Shown here: positions 1-22,110 of the stretch, one piece after another
Layout: every line of letters begins with the position of its first letter
How positions within the stretch are numbered: the stretch's first letter is position 1
Assembly: GCA_963693365.1 (NCBI GenBank)
Contig: CAVNZM010000008.1
Coordinates: 8,436,818 to 8,500,817 of the forward strand
Direction: 5' to 3'
From: Amoebidium appalachense
Lineage: Eukaryota > Protista > Ichthyosporea
DNA: 64,000 bases
Notes under the pieces: generated by a model
The model's database searches: none
Seen by the model: only the letters and a program-made list of their open reading frames with translations
Told to the model about the DNA's origin: nothing
Position numbers and translations under genes: made by a program

Positions 1-29
1 TTTCTTTCTTTCTTTTCTTTTTTTTGCAG

Positions 30-9543
<9,514 letters not shown>

Positions 9544-9853
9544 TCGGTTATAATCACGGACAACGGTGAGCCGAATAGATTGAGCCAAACATGGGTATGT
9601 TTTCAGAATTTTATACTGGTGATGGTCGGAAAGAAAGGTGTCGGCCATGGGGTGTTCAGATCCTGGTGATTGACGCGTTTTCAAAAAAAAATAAAAATTG
9701 AAAACCAAAGATTCAACCCACCAATGGTATCAAATCGGGATACTAATTATATTATATCCTCCCAACCTCCCTGTCCCTTCTCCCCCCCCTCCCCCTCCCC
9801 CCCCCCCCCCCCCCCCCCCCCTGCACCCCTTATGTACGCGAGCGCAAGAGAGT

Positions 9854-9924
<71 letters not shown>

Positions 9925-10010
9925 CACCACACAGACTGTTACACAGACCACACACGCATGCGCACGCGTCGCATGATACACACACAGACGAGAGCTGTGG
10001 AGCGCGGGGC

Positions 10011-10052
<42 letters not shown>

Positions 10053-10133
10053 GGGGGAGGGGGGGGGGGGGGGAGCCCTAGGGAGGGAGGAAGGGGGGGG
10101 AGAGGAGGAGGGAGGGGGAGTCACAAATCTAGT

Positions 10134-10192
<59 letters not shown>

Positions 10193-11571
10193 GGAAGGGG
10201 GGAGAGAGGAGGCCATATATGCATGCGCGGAAATTCGAAGTGGGAATTCGAAGAACGTTGATGAGGCTCAAACCTAAAAATAGGCGTATCCTATCGAAGA
10301 ATCACTGATCAGTATATATGCTCGCCTTATCCATTCGCCAGCCAACAGTAACACATCTAGTAGACTCAGTAAAAACAACAAACATTCATGATCGATGTGG
10401 AAGTAGTCTGGCAGCTCACATCATGATCTGATCGATATCGATCATGAATGAATGAACGGGCAAAGCCAGAGACGGTCTGAGAGTGAATCACGAATATAAA
10501 TATTGGTTTCAAGGCTCATGCAACCAAATATATATACGTCTAGAGCTCTCTTGTGCCACAATATGCTCAAGTGATCATATGGAACTCGAAGGACAGACAT
10601 ATATGCCCCAGCCCCGGTAGGTCCGAGTGAGTGGTCGCTAACACAAACATGATCTTTGGCACGCCATGTGCATGCGTCATCGATGTGAATTCGAAAAGTT
10701 GTATGGGTAGAGTATAAGCCTGAAATACCTCTAACAATTTTTTACACCGCTGGGCCTAGAAAATTCAAAACATAAATGAGAACATGACCTCTCATGCAGG
10801 TTTTTACCCATATATAGGACAAATCATATGATTCATCTGAGGCTGGTGGAATTTTCTTCTGACAAACACTAATTGCACGCCCTGGTGTTTATGACTTCGA
10901 GATTTCTCCCTCCTCAGACAGACTCAGTGTTCCTCCCCTGCCTGCCTGCTTCCGTTTCGAACCCGATTCGAAAAATTGGCCAATCAGTAGCTTTTTGACC
11001 TCTCATTGGAGCATAGTTTTGGAGATTCACCAATAGATTATGAACAAGATCCACCAATAGATTACGTTGGGATCTACAATGGAACGCACCAATAGGAGTC
11101 TCCAAGACTCTCCATTCGGAATTCAACAAATTATTTTCAGCCGTCCGAGTCTCTGAGAGCACCTTCATTCAAGATCAGCGTTGTGTGTGTGTGCACCTCT
11201 ATATGTTTCGCCGTTGCCTGCTGCCTGAGCTTTATCAAGAATGCATAGTCGTTTTTGAGTGTTGTGCTCTTTGCAGAGATAAACGTTTAACACATGTGTA
11301 CACGTCACTAGTAGCACCGCTACATACGTGACGTGTGTATGATCATGAACCCATGCATGCAAGCTTCAGTATTCGCCCCGAGCCGTGATCTTATTTTTCG
11401 TTCGCGCCTCGTTTGTAGGCTACCACCCGCATTTTAGATTTGTGATTTGTGTTTGTTCGACACCGCCAGGCTCACATCACCCAGTCGACCCCGCTATTGG
11501 TCGCGGGGTCCCAAGCGTCCCACCTGTGCAGGCTGACTCGTCGCCTCATTCCTTCGTGACAACGGCACGCA

Positions 11572-11578
11572 TATATAA
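11572..11578 (+). promoter_or_regulatory. Candidate TATA box of the chitinase gene
   Basis: TATATAA about 90 nt upstream of ATG 11662. Confidence 0.5.
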
Positions 11579-11661
11579 GCACCCGACGCACACAAACATA
11601 CACACAGTATACTCGAATCCCATTAGATTCATATCCTAGCGGGTGCTCATTTTTGTACAAA

Positions 11662-12894
11662 ATGCAGCTTGCTTTTGCCGCCGCAGTCCTCGCGGCCGCG
11701 TCCGCTGTTAGCGACGCCGCCGCCCTCGTTTGCTGCGCCAAGGCCGGCGTGACACTCCCTGGTGTCAACGACGCATACTGCCAGAGTGTCGGATGTGCCA
11801 CCTTCCCCACGCTGTGCGAGTTGCGCGACAGCTGCGCCACGGCTGCAGGCACAACCACCACCATTGCTCCCAAAACCACCACCACCACCACCACGCGCGC
11901 CGCGACCACCACCACCACCAAGCCAGCCACCACTACCACCACTAAGCCTCCCACCACCACCACCACCAAGGCAACCACCACCACTAAGGCCCCTACCACC
12001 ACCACCACCACCATCCCCGCCACCGCCACCACATCCGCCGCCGTCGTCACCACAACTGGCACCATGATCACCCCACCCATCAACGGAACCTCCCCGTGGC
12101 CCGTACGCAAATACCATCTTGGTGGTTACTACACAAACTGGTCTCAGTACCGCCCGGCACCTTGGGCATATGACGTCGCAAATCTGGACGTTTCCCTCTT
12201 CACTTACCTCAACTATGGTTTTGCTATTATCGATGCTACCACGTTCAAGATAAAGCCCTATGAGTGGAACGATGCTGAGTCTGGCTGGGACCAGGACTTT
12301 ACTACTTCTATGTGGAATAGGTTCAACGTCAAGGCACACGCGGCTAACCCCAACCTGAAGACGTTCCTCTCGTACGTTGTCCCTTTCCCTTCCGTTTACA
12401 TATCATCATCTCTTTCATCCCCTTCTTCTCTGAATGCGACTCTCCGACTGTTTCATCAACCTCCCGCCTTTCCCCCTCCCCCCCCTCCTGCCCCAACACA
12501 AACGTTAACCCTTACACACTACACAGACCTGCACATGCACACATGCACGAACACGTGCACGCAAGATAACACCGAGCCTGAGACACGATCCCCCCCCTCC
12601 CCCCCCCCCCCCCCCACCCCGTGTAAAAACCCACACAAAACACTTAACATGTGAAAAAACAGTGTTGGCGGCTGGAACTTCAGCCGCGGCGAGGGCACCA
12701 CCAAGGGCACCGAGCAGATCTTCCCAAATATGGTTAAGAGCGCAGCCAACCGGAAGGCGTTTATCGACAGCGCCATTGTGCAGCTGCGCAAGTACAACTT
12801 TGACGGTTTGGACCTCGACTGGGAGTACCCCACAGAGTGGAAGGAGGGCGTGGCCACTTCCGAGGACAGGTGTGTGCTCAACTCTTCCCCTTCT

Positions 12895-12936
<42 letters not shown>

Positions 12937-13577
12937 CAAAAAAAGAAAAAAAAAAAAAAAAAAAGAAACCCTGCCCTGGCCACATCACCACCTCCTCCAC
13001 CGCCATCACCACCACCTCGCCACGTGCACCCCGATTTCCTTGTTATCCGGTCCACTTATGTTTTCCAAAAAAAGCGATACATCTTTTCTCAGCAGAAAAA
13101 ATGCACGCCGTCTGTACAGCGATCGCGACAACCCACCGTGATGGTGCACGAAACTTCTTATAACAAAATACTGCCTCCAAATTTAGAAGTCCATGCCCAA
13201 TAATCAGACACCAAATTCCTAGACCACACGATTCTTGAATCATTCGCTTTGAACTGCCCGTGCCTTCCCCATGAAGGGTAGCGAAAAAAACGCTACCAAA
13301 CAAATCCATCTGACCATATGCACCTTAACCAATCAGGGATCTGTTCACTGCATTCCTCCAAGATATCCGTGCGGCCTTTGATGCCGAGGCTGCAGCCAGT
13401 GGCAAGCCCCGCCTGCTGGTCTCTGCTGCCACATGGGCCAATCATCTGAGGGCACCCACCGCGTTTGACCTTCCCAAGGTGTGTGTTTTATAATTTTTTT
13501 GTTACGTTTTGCTCAGTGACCCATTTTTTAAAACAACAGATCGCATATATTTGCTTAAACCCCCCCCCCCCCCCCCC

Positions 13578-13609
<32 letters not shown>

Positions 13610-13990
13610 CCATATTTCAAGATTGAACACTCAAGATCAAAAGAGTCAAAAACAGAAGGGGAGGGGGAGGTTGGGGGTGATCCCGGGGCCCAGCTATTTG
13701 TGAAATCCGATGACTATGGTCAATTCAATTTGTGGAGTATTCTTTTTGACCTAACACTTTATATTACAACATTAACCAACTAAATTTTTAACTTTAAAAA
13801 ACAGGTCAGCCAGCTGCTTGACGTGGTCAACATCATGACCTACGACCTCTACGGCTCGTGGGACCCAATTGCACGCCCCCACACTGCCGTCTACTCGCCC
13901 AATCAGACGGACCCTACCACTTTCTTCATCGACAGGGCTGTGGATGCTTACCTCAGCAACGGTGTTCCCGCCAACAAGCTCATGGTGAAT

Positions 13991-14024
<34 letters not shown>

Positions 14025-14557
14025 CCCCCTCCCAAACACCATTCACGCACCGTAGCACACACACCACTCCCCTCTCCCCCAGTCCGGTTCGCTCCCCCCA
14101 GTCCCCCTCTCCTCTCTCTCTCTCTCCCTCTCTCCTCTTCTTCTAGTCTCTCTCTCTCTCCTTCTCCCTCTCTCCCTCTCTCTCCGAGGCTCTCTCTCTC
14201 TCTCCTCCCCCCCTCCCCCCATCCCTCTATCTTCCAATTTTCTCCATCCACCACTCTCCATCCCTCCTCCCCCTTCCAATCCTTGCTCCTTCCTTTTCGT
14301 ACCCCATCCCCACTCCCACCCCTTCTGTTCCCCCCCTCCCCCTCCCCCCCCCCCCCCCTCCCCCTCCAAACCCACCCTCCTACCCTTCCCCCCGTGTGGG
14401 CCCATCACTCTTCCCCGCCACCAACCCACTCTCAGCCCCCTCCGACATTGGTAAAAACAAATTGGGCATAGATCATTATCCACACCCCCTCCCCCCCACC
14501 CCACCCAATTCCCCCCAACCCCAACTCCCCTTCCCCCCCATCCCCCTTCCCCGCCCC

Positions 14558-14603
<46 letters not shown>

Positions 14604-15176
14604 CCACCCGCAAAAACAACACCTTCTCCTCCGCACACATCGATAAAGTAATCATTCGTTCCGACAAAGAGACTAAGCCCTGTGCTCCAATCACATCAAT
14701 CATCATTCAATGTAACCTTAAATAATCAACTAACAACGTTAAAAAATTTTAAATCACAGTTGGGTCTTGCCAGCTACGCCCGCTGCTTCACCCTCACAGG
14801 CAACAACTGGGACATCACAAGGCCCAACGTCGGTGCCGCCACCACCAACCCGGGCACCGCTGCCCTAAAAGGACCTGCTACCGAAGAAGTCGATTACATC
14901 TCCTACTTCGAACTTAAAAATTTCCTCGCAAAGAACAACGGCGTGGTGAGTTATGATGACGTCACAAAGGCTGCCGTCGCCCAATGGAAGGAGAGCATTA
15001 ACGGCGTGCAGTACACGCGCTGGTGCGGGTTCGACGACACCAAGACCCTCCAGACCAAGATTGACTATATTAAGGCAAAGAATGTGGGCGGCGCGTTCTT
15101 CTGGGCTACCGATTTGGATGACTACATGAACGGCAGCCCTCTGACCGCGTACATGGGTGCTCTACTCAAGGAATAA
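11662..15176 (+). CDS. Secreted GH18 chitinase: signal peptide, small Cys-rich module, Thr-rich linker, catalytic domain
   Basis: Exons 11662-12371, 12663-12869, 13337-13478, 13805-13984, 14760-15176. Motifs [15 protein letters not shown] (split by intron 1), intact [11 protein letters not shown] (DxxDxDxE), [23 protein letters not shown]. Confidence 0.96.
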
Positions 15177-15810
15177 ACTTGTTAAGTTTACAACACGCGG
15201 TGACCTATACATACCTCTTGAGCCTAAAGATTGTTTGGGCATGGATATATTTGGTTGAATTATGGACTCAGAGGGTTAGTGTACAGGTGATTCTTAGTGA
15301 TTGTGTGCTGCCTGTGGTGTAGCTAGTACGATACCCATTTTCCTTCGTTACATGGTTAAAGAGCGATAACAGCTCGCTCATTTTCTTGCATGTACATCAT
15401 GACTCCCGGACGATCATTTAGCTTGCATATATAAGGTGATGTACTCATTTTCGATGTCTGTAAAAGTCAGTTTGAATACTTGAACTTGGTTGTAAAGTTG
15501 ACTTTAGACGATAATTTGCCACTGTGTGGCGTGGAAGTTGTAGATTCCAATGCTGGAACACCAGGCCGGCTGGCAAAGCTGTGTATAAAGAACTATACGT
15601 AACCACATTATACTGTAAGTGGGCGCTCATACCGTTTTTCCTTCCGCGTCAAAAGTCCCTGTTTATGCAACACCTAAGTTAGCACAAGCACCGTATTTCT
15701 TTTAAGAATTTTCGGAAAGTTTCAATTTGTCTGCCCTCCGCTTTGAAAATAAACCTAGCTCCGCACAATTGCGTACATACGGGATTTTTTAAATTTGAAA
15801 TTGGGAGGGG

Positions 15811-15848
<38 letters not shown>

Positions 15849-17306
15849 AGGGGGAGGGGGGAGGGGAGGGGACAGTAACTATCGACGTCCCCGAGGGTGG
15901 CACGGTGGCACCCCCCCCCCCCTCCCCCCCCCCCCCGGGGGGTGTGGGGGTCTCCATCCCCCTCTCCCCCCCCCCCCTCCCCCCCCACCCACCCCCTCAA
16001 GGTAGTCGCAGGAGGGGGGGTCTCCCCCCCCCCCCCTCCCCCCTCCCTCCCCGTGTGCGCATGATGACCAAATTTAAGCACTCTCTTTTTCCACCCACCA
16101 AAGGTTGTATTTACGGCGTAATGCATTACGGTCAAAAATTAAGTCAGTACTAAACTATGAATCATTGCACTTGCTCACCTTGCAGTGTTCGTGTGTGTGT
16201 CTGTGTGGCAGGGAATGCATGTGCACGTGTAGTGTCGTATGGGTATGTGCTATCCGCATGTCACGAATGATTTCAATGTGCGCATCGCTGGTTTTTGTAC
16301 CCCGCGTGTGTATGTGATTCGTGTGTGTGCAGGTACACATATGTCGTGTGGAAGTGTGTGCTTGTGTGCGCGTTGTGTGCGCGCGGTGGGAAGACTGGAG
16401 ACGAATCCCACCCACACCCACGAAGTTGAGGGAGGGGCCCCCGGGGGGGGGGGGGGGGGGAGGGGGGGGGGGGTGGGGGAGGGGGGAGGGGGGGGGAGGG
16501 GGGGGGGGGAGGGGGGGGGGGGGGGGGAGGGGGGGGGGGGGGGAGGGGGGGAGGGGGGGGAAGGGGGGGGGGGGGGGGGGGGAGGGGGGAGGGAAGTGGG
16601 GAGGGAGAGAGCTCGCGCGGAGGGTGTAGCCTGAGCTTCATGTGATCGAGGAGTCCCAGTAGAAACCTTCATAGTTAAAATTTGGGAACTTGTATGTAAA
16701 CCGCTGGGAATTCATAGCACTGTTATGATCAGGTTAATCATTCTAAATTTCATACATGCATGATATAGTCACCATGGCATCAGAGGGTGGGGTGGGGTTG
16801 GGGAAGGGGGGGGGGGGGGGGGGGGGGACCCACCTAATCAGATGGGGTGGTGGGTCCCATCCCATCCCCCACCTCCCCATGGCCACCCACCCACCCCACC
16901 GGCTAGCAAAAGGGGGGGGGGGGGTGGGGGGGGGGGGTGGCCATCCGTCCAAAGGGGTGGGTAGCCCCCCCCCCCCCCCCCCCCAAAAAAAGGGTACTAC
17001 TACCCCCCTCCCCATTTCAAAATCAAGTATTCGTAACGTGTCGCAAATAAGGCACATGGGCTGTGTATGTTGTAGGTCAGTACACTAGTTACTCCAGGAG
17101 ACAGTATTGTGTGTGCACTCCGAGGATGTTGTGTGTGCGCCTGCTTACATTTCCTTGTGTGCATGTGAGAGCGTGAGCATTTTATGCGAGTGTCGTGGGA
17201 CATCTGTGCAGATGTGCCCATACTTTGAATTTGAAGATTTGTGGGTTACTCCGTGGTCAGACGTGTGTGTGTGTGTGTGGTGTGTGTGTGTGTGTGTGTG
17301 TGTACA

Positions 17307-17392
<86 letters not shown>

Positions 17393-18245
17393 AAAGAAAA
17401 AGGTGTGTGTGTGTGTGTTTGTGCGCGCGCACGCATGTGCGCCATCACCGAGCTCAAGGTTTGTACCCCCCCCCCCCTCCCCTCCCCCATTCACCCACCC
17501 ATCCATCCACCTCGTTTCTTGTTGTTTCTATTGGTGTTTTAATTGTGATACAGAAATCTTTTTATTTGGGTGAGCACTAGGCCCGGGCCCCAGGGGCCTA
17601 CTATGTACTACTATGCCGGCAAAAGTACAGACTGAGCTAGTCATCATGTATTTATTAGGCTACACCATGTTCAAGTTTTATACCTACACATGTACATTGT
17701 GTCAAGTATCAGTGTTGGTTATAACTATGCATGCAACAACCATCGCTCCACATCCACTCACTCCCACACACCACGGCGTCACACACATCACACACGTGTA
17801 AAAAACATGGTGATATACAGTCATCCCTAAGAAGGAACAACCCTATGACGAATTACCCTTAGAAGTATAAACCCGTACCGTCACAAACAAAACACGGACA
17901 TCTGGACATATATTCCAAACCCATAAGTCATAACAGTGTCTGTGTATGTTCCTGTGTGCATGCACACGGCCCACACCCACCCACACACGTGCACACACGC
18001 AATGAAAATGAATAGTATACACCGCACGCACGTGACACACACACATAAACACACGCACACACCCACACCACCCACCCACCCACCCACCCACCCACCCACA
18101 CACACTCACTCACACACACACTCACGCACACACACACGGGAGCGGCGCGGTGCATGCACCATCACACGCTCTGCGCTCTGGCACTCACAAGATACCTGAG
18201 GGAGTGTCCTTTGTTTTGTGTGTCGAAACATACATGTTCATGTAG

Positions 18246-18280
<35 letters not shown>

Positions 18281-18286
18281 GTGTGC

Positions 18287-18329
<43 letters not shown>

Positions 18330-18340
18330 TGTGTGTGTAC

Positions 18341-18388
<48 letters not shown>

Positions 18389-18394
18389 TGTGTG

Positions 18395-18438
<44 letters not shown>

Positions 18439-19350
18439 TGTGTGCAGCTTGCGTGTCACTTCTAGTATGATGAAGGTCTGTGTGAATGCATGTTCATGTG
18501 GTGCCTGTGTGCATGTGTGTGTGACTGTGTGTGTGTATTGGTGTCTGTGTGCATCTTTCTGTGCGTGTGTGTGCGTGTTGATCGAGGGGCATGCATCATG
18601 GCGTGGATCGCCTCGCCCGGCCCATCCTTACGCTGGCACACATGTACACCCATCTCTGCTTCAATTCTCTGACCATGTTTATCATTACTATGATGGGGAA
18701 ATCCCTAGAACTGAGACCTGCCTGCATGCACATGCACTCAGAAAAGAGAAAAAGTATCTAATGCCTCCGTGTCACACCCACTGGCACACAATGAAGGTGA
18801 TTAAAGTGTCGTTTCATTCGGGAACCATCTGCTCGTTTGTTTACATCCGACTTGTAAAAAACCCGGGAGAATTCCGATTGGGTAATTCTATCCCATTGAA
18901 AGGAGGGCAATTTCTTGAGTTGATCTTTGGAGTAAAAGTGCATGCGCAACGTTGATGACGACCGACTCGGCAGCTGTTATCAATTATCACCCCGCATGTT
19001 TTAACAAAAAGAAAAATGTGGTATCTTAGAAAATAGATGGGGTGTCTTTATTTTATTATGCTAAAACTTTGGTTATCATTCACTTTACTGCAACATATGT
19101 CAATATTTCCTGCAGGAGCTTACGCAATCAGTATGGGAATTGCTGACGCGTCTCTCCTTCACTGGCGAGTCGACCGTGTCGTCATCAATAGTAGGCCTTT
19201 TTTTTTCATATTCACCGATATTTAGCAGCGTAGAAATATACATGTAGCTAAAAATGATGCATAGAGTTTATTATCTCAGCAAAAAAAAATGCGGTTTCGA
19301 GTGGCTTTATGGGGTCCAATGTTGCTGATCACGTACAGGATGATGCACCA

Positions 19351-19434
19351 GTAGTAAACCGAATGAGCCGAAATGAACGTGTCCTGTTTGTAGTAGTAAA
19401 CCGAATGAGCCGAAATGAACGTGTCCTGTTTGTA
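19351..19434. repeat. Perfect 42-bp tandem duplication
   Basis: gtagtaaaccgaatgagccgaaatgaacgtgtcctgtttgta x2. Confidence 0.95.
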
Positions 19435-19654
19435 GTCCTATTGGTTCTGTTCTCATACATCTGACTTTAAAAAAATCCTTTTTACGACATAAAACGCCTA
19501 CTATTGGATATTTATCAGCATTTGACAAGGTCACCAGGTAAAAAGTGGCGCGTTCTCAATTTTTCTGCATTCAATCAGATTGTCGAACCGACACAGTTGT
19601 TATGTTGTGGGCGTCGTAGGCCGCGGTACGCTGGTACCGCGCCAAACATGCGAG

Positions 19655-19662
19655 TATATAAA
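19655..19662 (+). promoter_or_regulatory. Candidate TATA box of the fasciclin gene
   Basis: TATATAAA about 100 nt upstream of ATG 19762, preceded by the inverted repeat gcggtac-gctg-gtaccgc (19623-19640). Confidence 0.5.
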
Positions 19663-19761
19663 GCTCTGTCAAGTCAAAATGGACCTCAGAGTGTGTAAAC
19701 CCATATACACATAGGTTTGAGTAAGAGCGGTAAATTCTGATAAAGAACAACTAGCATAACA

Positions 19762-20698
19762 ATGGCGCGCCTAGCTACCCTCGCCTGTGCGGCACTTGTC
19801 GTGCTCACCCCTGTCTTCGCTGCGCCAGTCATGACGGACGATTTTATGGACATCGAGTTCTTCGAGCTCGCGTAAGTGAAAACACGGCATTTCCCCAACT
19901 ATCGAGTTTGAATCCAAGTCAACTCGTGGGCTCTGCTTGCTGATGTGACCCGGGGGATGTTAAAAATACGGCCTTGCAGAGATACGTATAGTCCCTGCAG
20001 ATGTGGTGCACTATCTATAGATCACAACTCTCATGGTGTTCAACAACCCGTCAGCATTTGCCAGTCGTATGTACATACAAGGTCGAGCTAAATTTCTAGT
20101 ACTACATTAGAAGTGTGATATCTAATTCTACATGTATGGCGGTACACCGGTCGGTGGCACAATGATTCATATCACTTGATGGCTATGTAGCCCCTGTACA
20201 CGCGCACAAACTCAACGAAATAATTTAGTACAAGTTGTCGACGTGTTGCTGAGCACGAGGTGGCAGCTTAAAATTTGCCGTCGACAACCTCCTTCCTCCT
20301 CCAGCCCCCCCCAACCCGCTCCCCCTCATCCCCCTCCCTTCTCTGCCCCTCCCCTCCTTCCCCAAATGATAACCCCGATATTTAACTGGTTTTGCAAGTG
20401 TCTCTCTTTGCAGAGAATCCCACCCCCCCACTTCCCCCTGGACCATAGTTCCAAGGTGCTTTGATGCTTCAAAGCTACCGAATCAACGACGTTCGTAAAG
20501 GGCAGAAACTTCTCCGCAATCATTTCTTCCTTTCCTTCGCCTCCCTTCCTCCTTCCTGAATTCCGATATTTCCAGTTCTAGCTGCAAAACAAAAAAATTA
20601 GTACACATGTCCACATATCCATAGCCTTCACCATTTTCTAACTGGTCCCCCCCCCCCCCCCCCCCCCCCCCTCTTCCTCCCCCTTCCCTGCCTTTCCC

Positions 20699-20735
<37 letters not shown>

Positions 20736-20803
20736 ACCCATCCACCCACCCCCCACCCCCAACCCCCCCCACCCCCTAACCCATCCTCCAACCCTCACAT
20801 GTG

Positions 20804-20834
<31 letters not shown>

Positions 20835-21397
20835 GAAAAAAATAGTGCTGCACCCACAGAGACCCCCTCGTTCAACCTTAAGTCTTTGGTCGAAATTGCC
20901 CTGGCCGACAAGAACTTCTCGAAGCTCGTGGAAGCTCTCACGGCCGCAGACCTGGTGACGGCACTGAAAGCGGAGGGTCCCTTCACTGTGTTTGCACCGG
21001 TGAATGCGGCATTTGAGGCAATTAAGGAGCAGCCAAGTCTGGTAAGTTGCCCTTTAAAAGTATCCCTCTTTCATTGTTGCTTACTTTAAGTCTGTAAATT
21101 TACAAGGATATGCCAGTTTTAGACCTCATAATACGTGGATTCGGCTCAAGCAAGAAGGAATTTTCATTCCGGACCTTCGCTCTCCCTTTAGCCGAGAAGC
21201 CTTGTGGATTTTAAAAAAATCACAATTTCTTGTATGTTAGAGGGGTTTAATCAGTCACTGATCTCAATTTTTTTTTCGAAAACTGTAGAGTTAAAATCTT
21301 ATTACGGCAATATTATATCTGACCCACTGCAATCGGCACTAATTGTACGTTTGCATATATCGGATCCATTATTCACCCTTCCTCTCACTATATAAAG

Positions 21398-21431
<34 letters not shown>

Positions 21432-21499
21432 ACTCTCCCCCCTCCCCCATGCAAACACGAAAAACCGTCAGCTCCTTCAATTCCTAGACTACCATCATA

Positions 21500-21563
<64 letters not shown>

Positions 21564-21956
21564 TTCCCCGAGCCCCAATCCTCCCATCCCATCCCATCCC
21601 ACCCCACCCACCCACCCACCCACCTACCACAACCCACCGACCCTTACTTAACACAAACTTCAACAGGAAACCCTTAAAAAAATTCTTCTACACCACGTTG
21701 TTTCCGGAGAGTATCTGTCTAGCGCAGTCAAGCCCGGGCAGAAGGTTGAGCTCGAGACGCTTGGTGGGGACAAGATTGTGATTGAAAATAAGGATGGCAA
21801 GATTACTGTTGACGGCGCAAATGTGGTGGCTGCTGACGTCATGGCCTCCAACGGTGTGGTGCATGTGATTGACAAGGTGGGTGCCTCCTCTCCCTTCCAC
21901 CCTCCCACCACCACCCCCTCACTCAGACCGAACTCACTCTCTGCTCCCCCCCTCCC

Positions 21957-21990
<34 letters not shown>

Positions 21991-22070
21991 CCCTCACCCA
22001 TTTCTCCCTTCCCCTCCTGTTTTCTTGGCTTTCCATAAATTATCCCATACCCTCCCCGGTTTAATCTTTG

Positions 22071-22110
<40 letters not shown>

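Noticed and set aside
17577-17600. Helitron terminus (hairpin plus CTAG)
   Set aside because: No partner end or second copy was found in the window.
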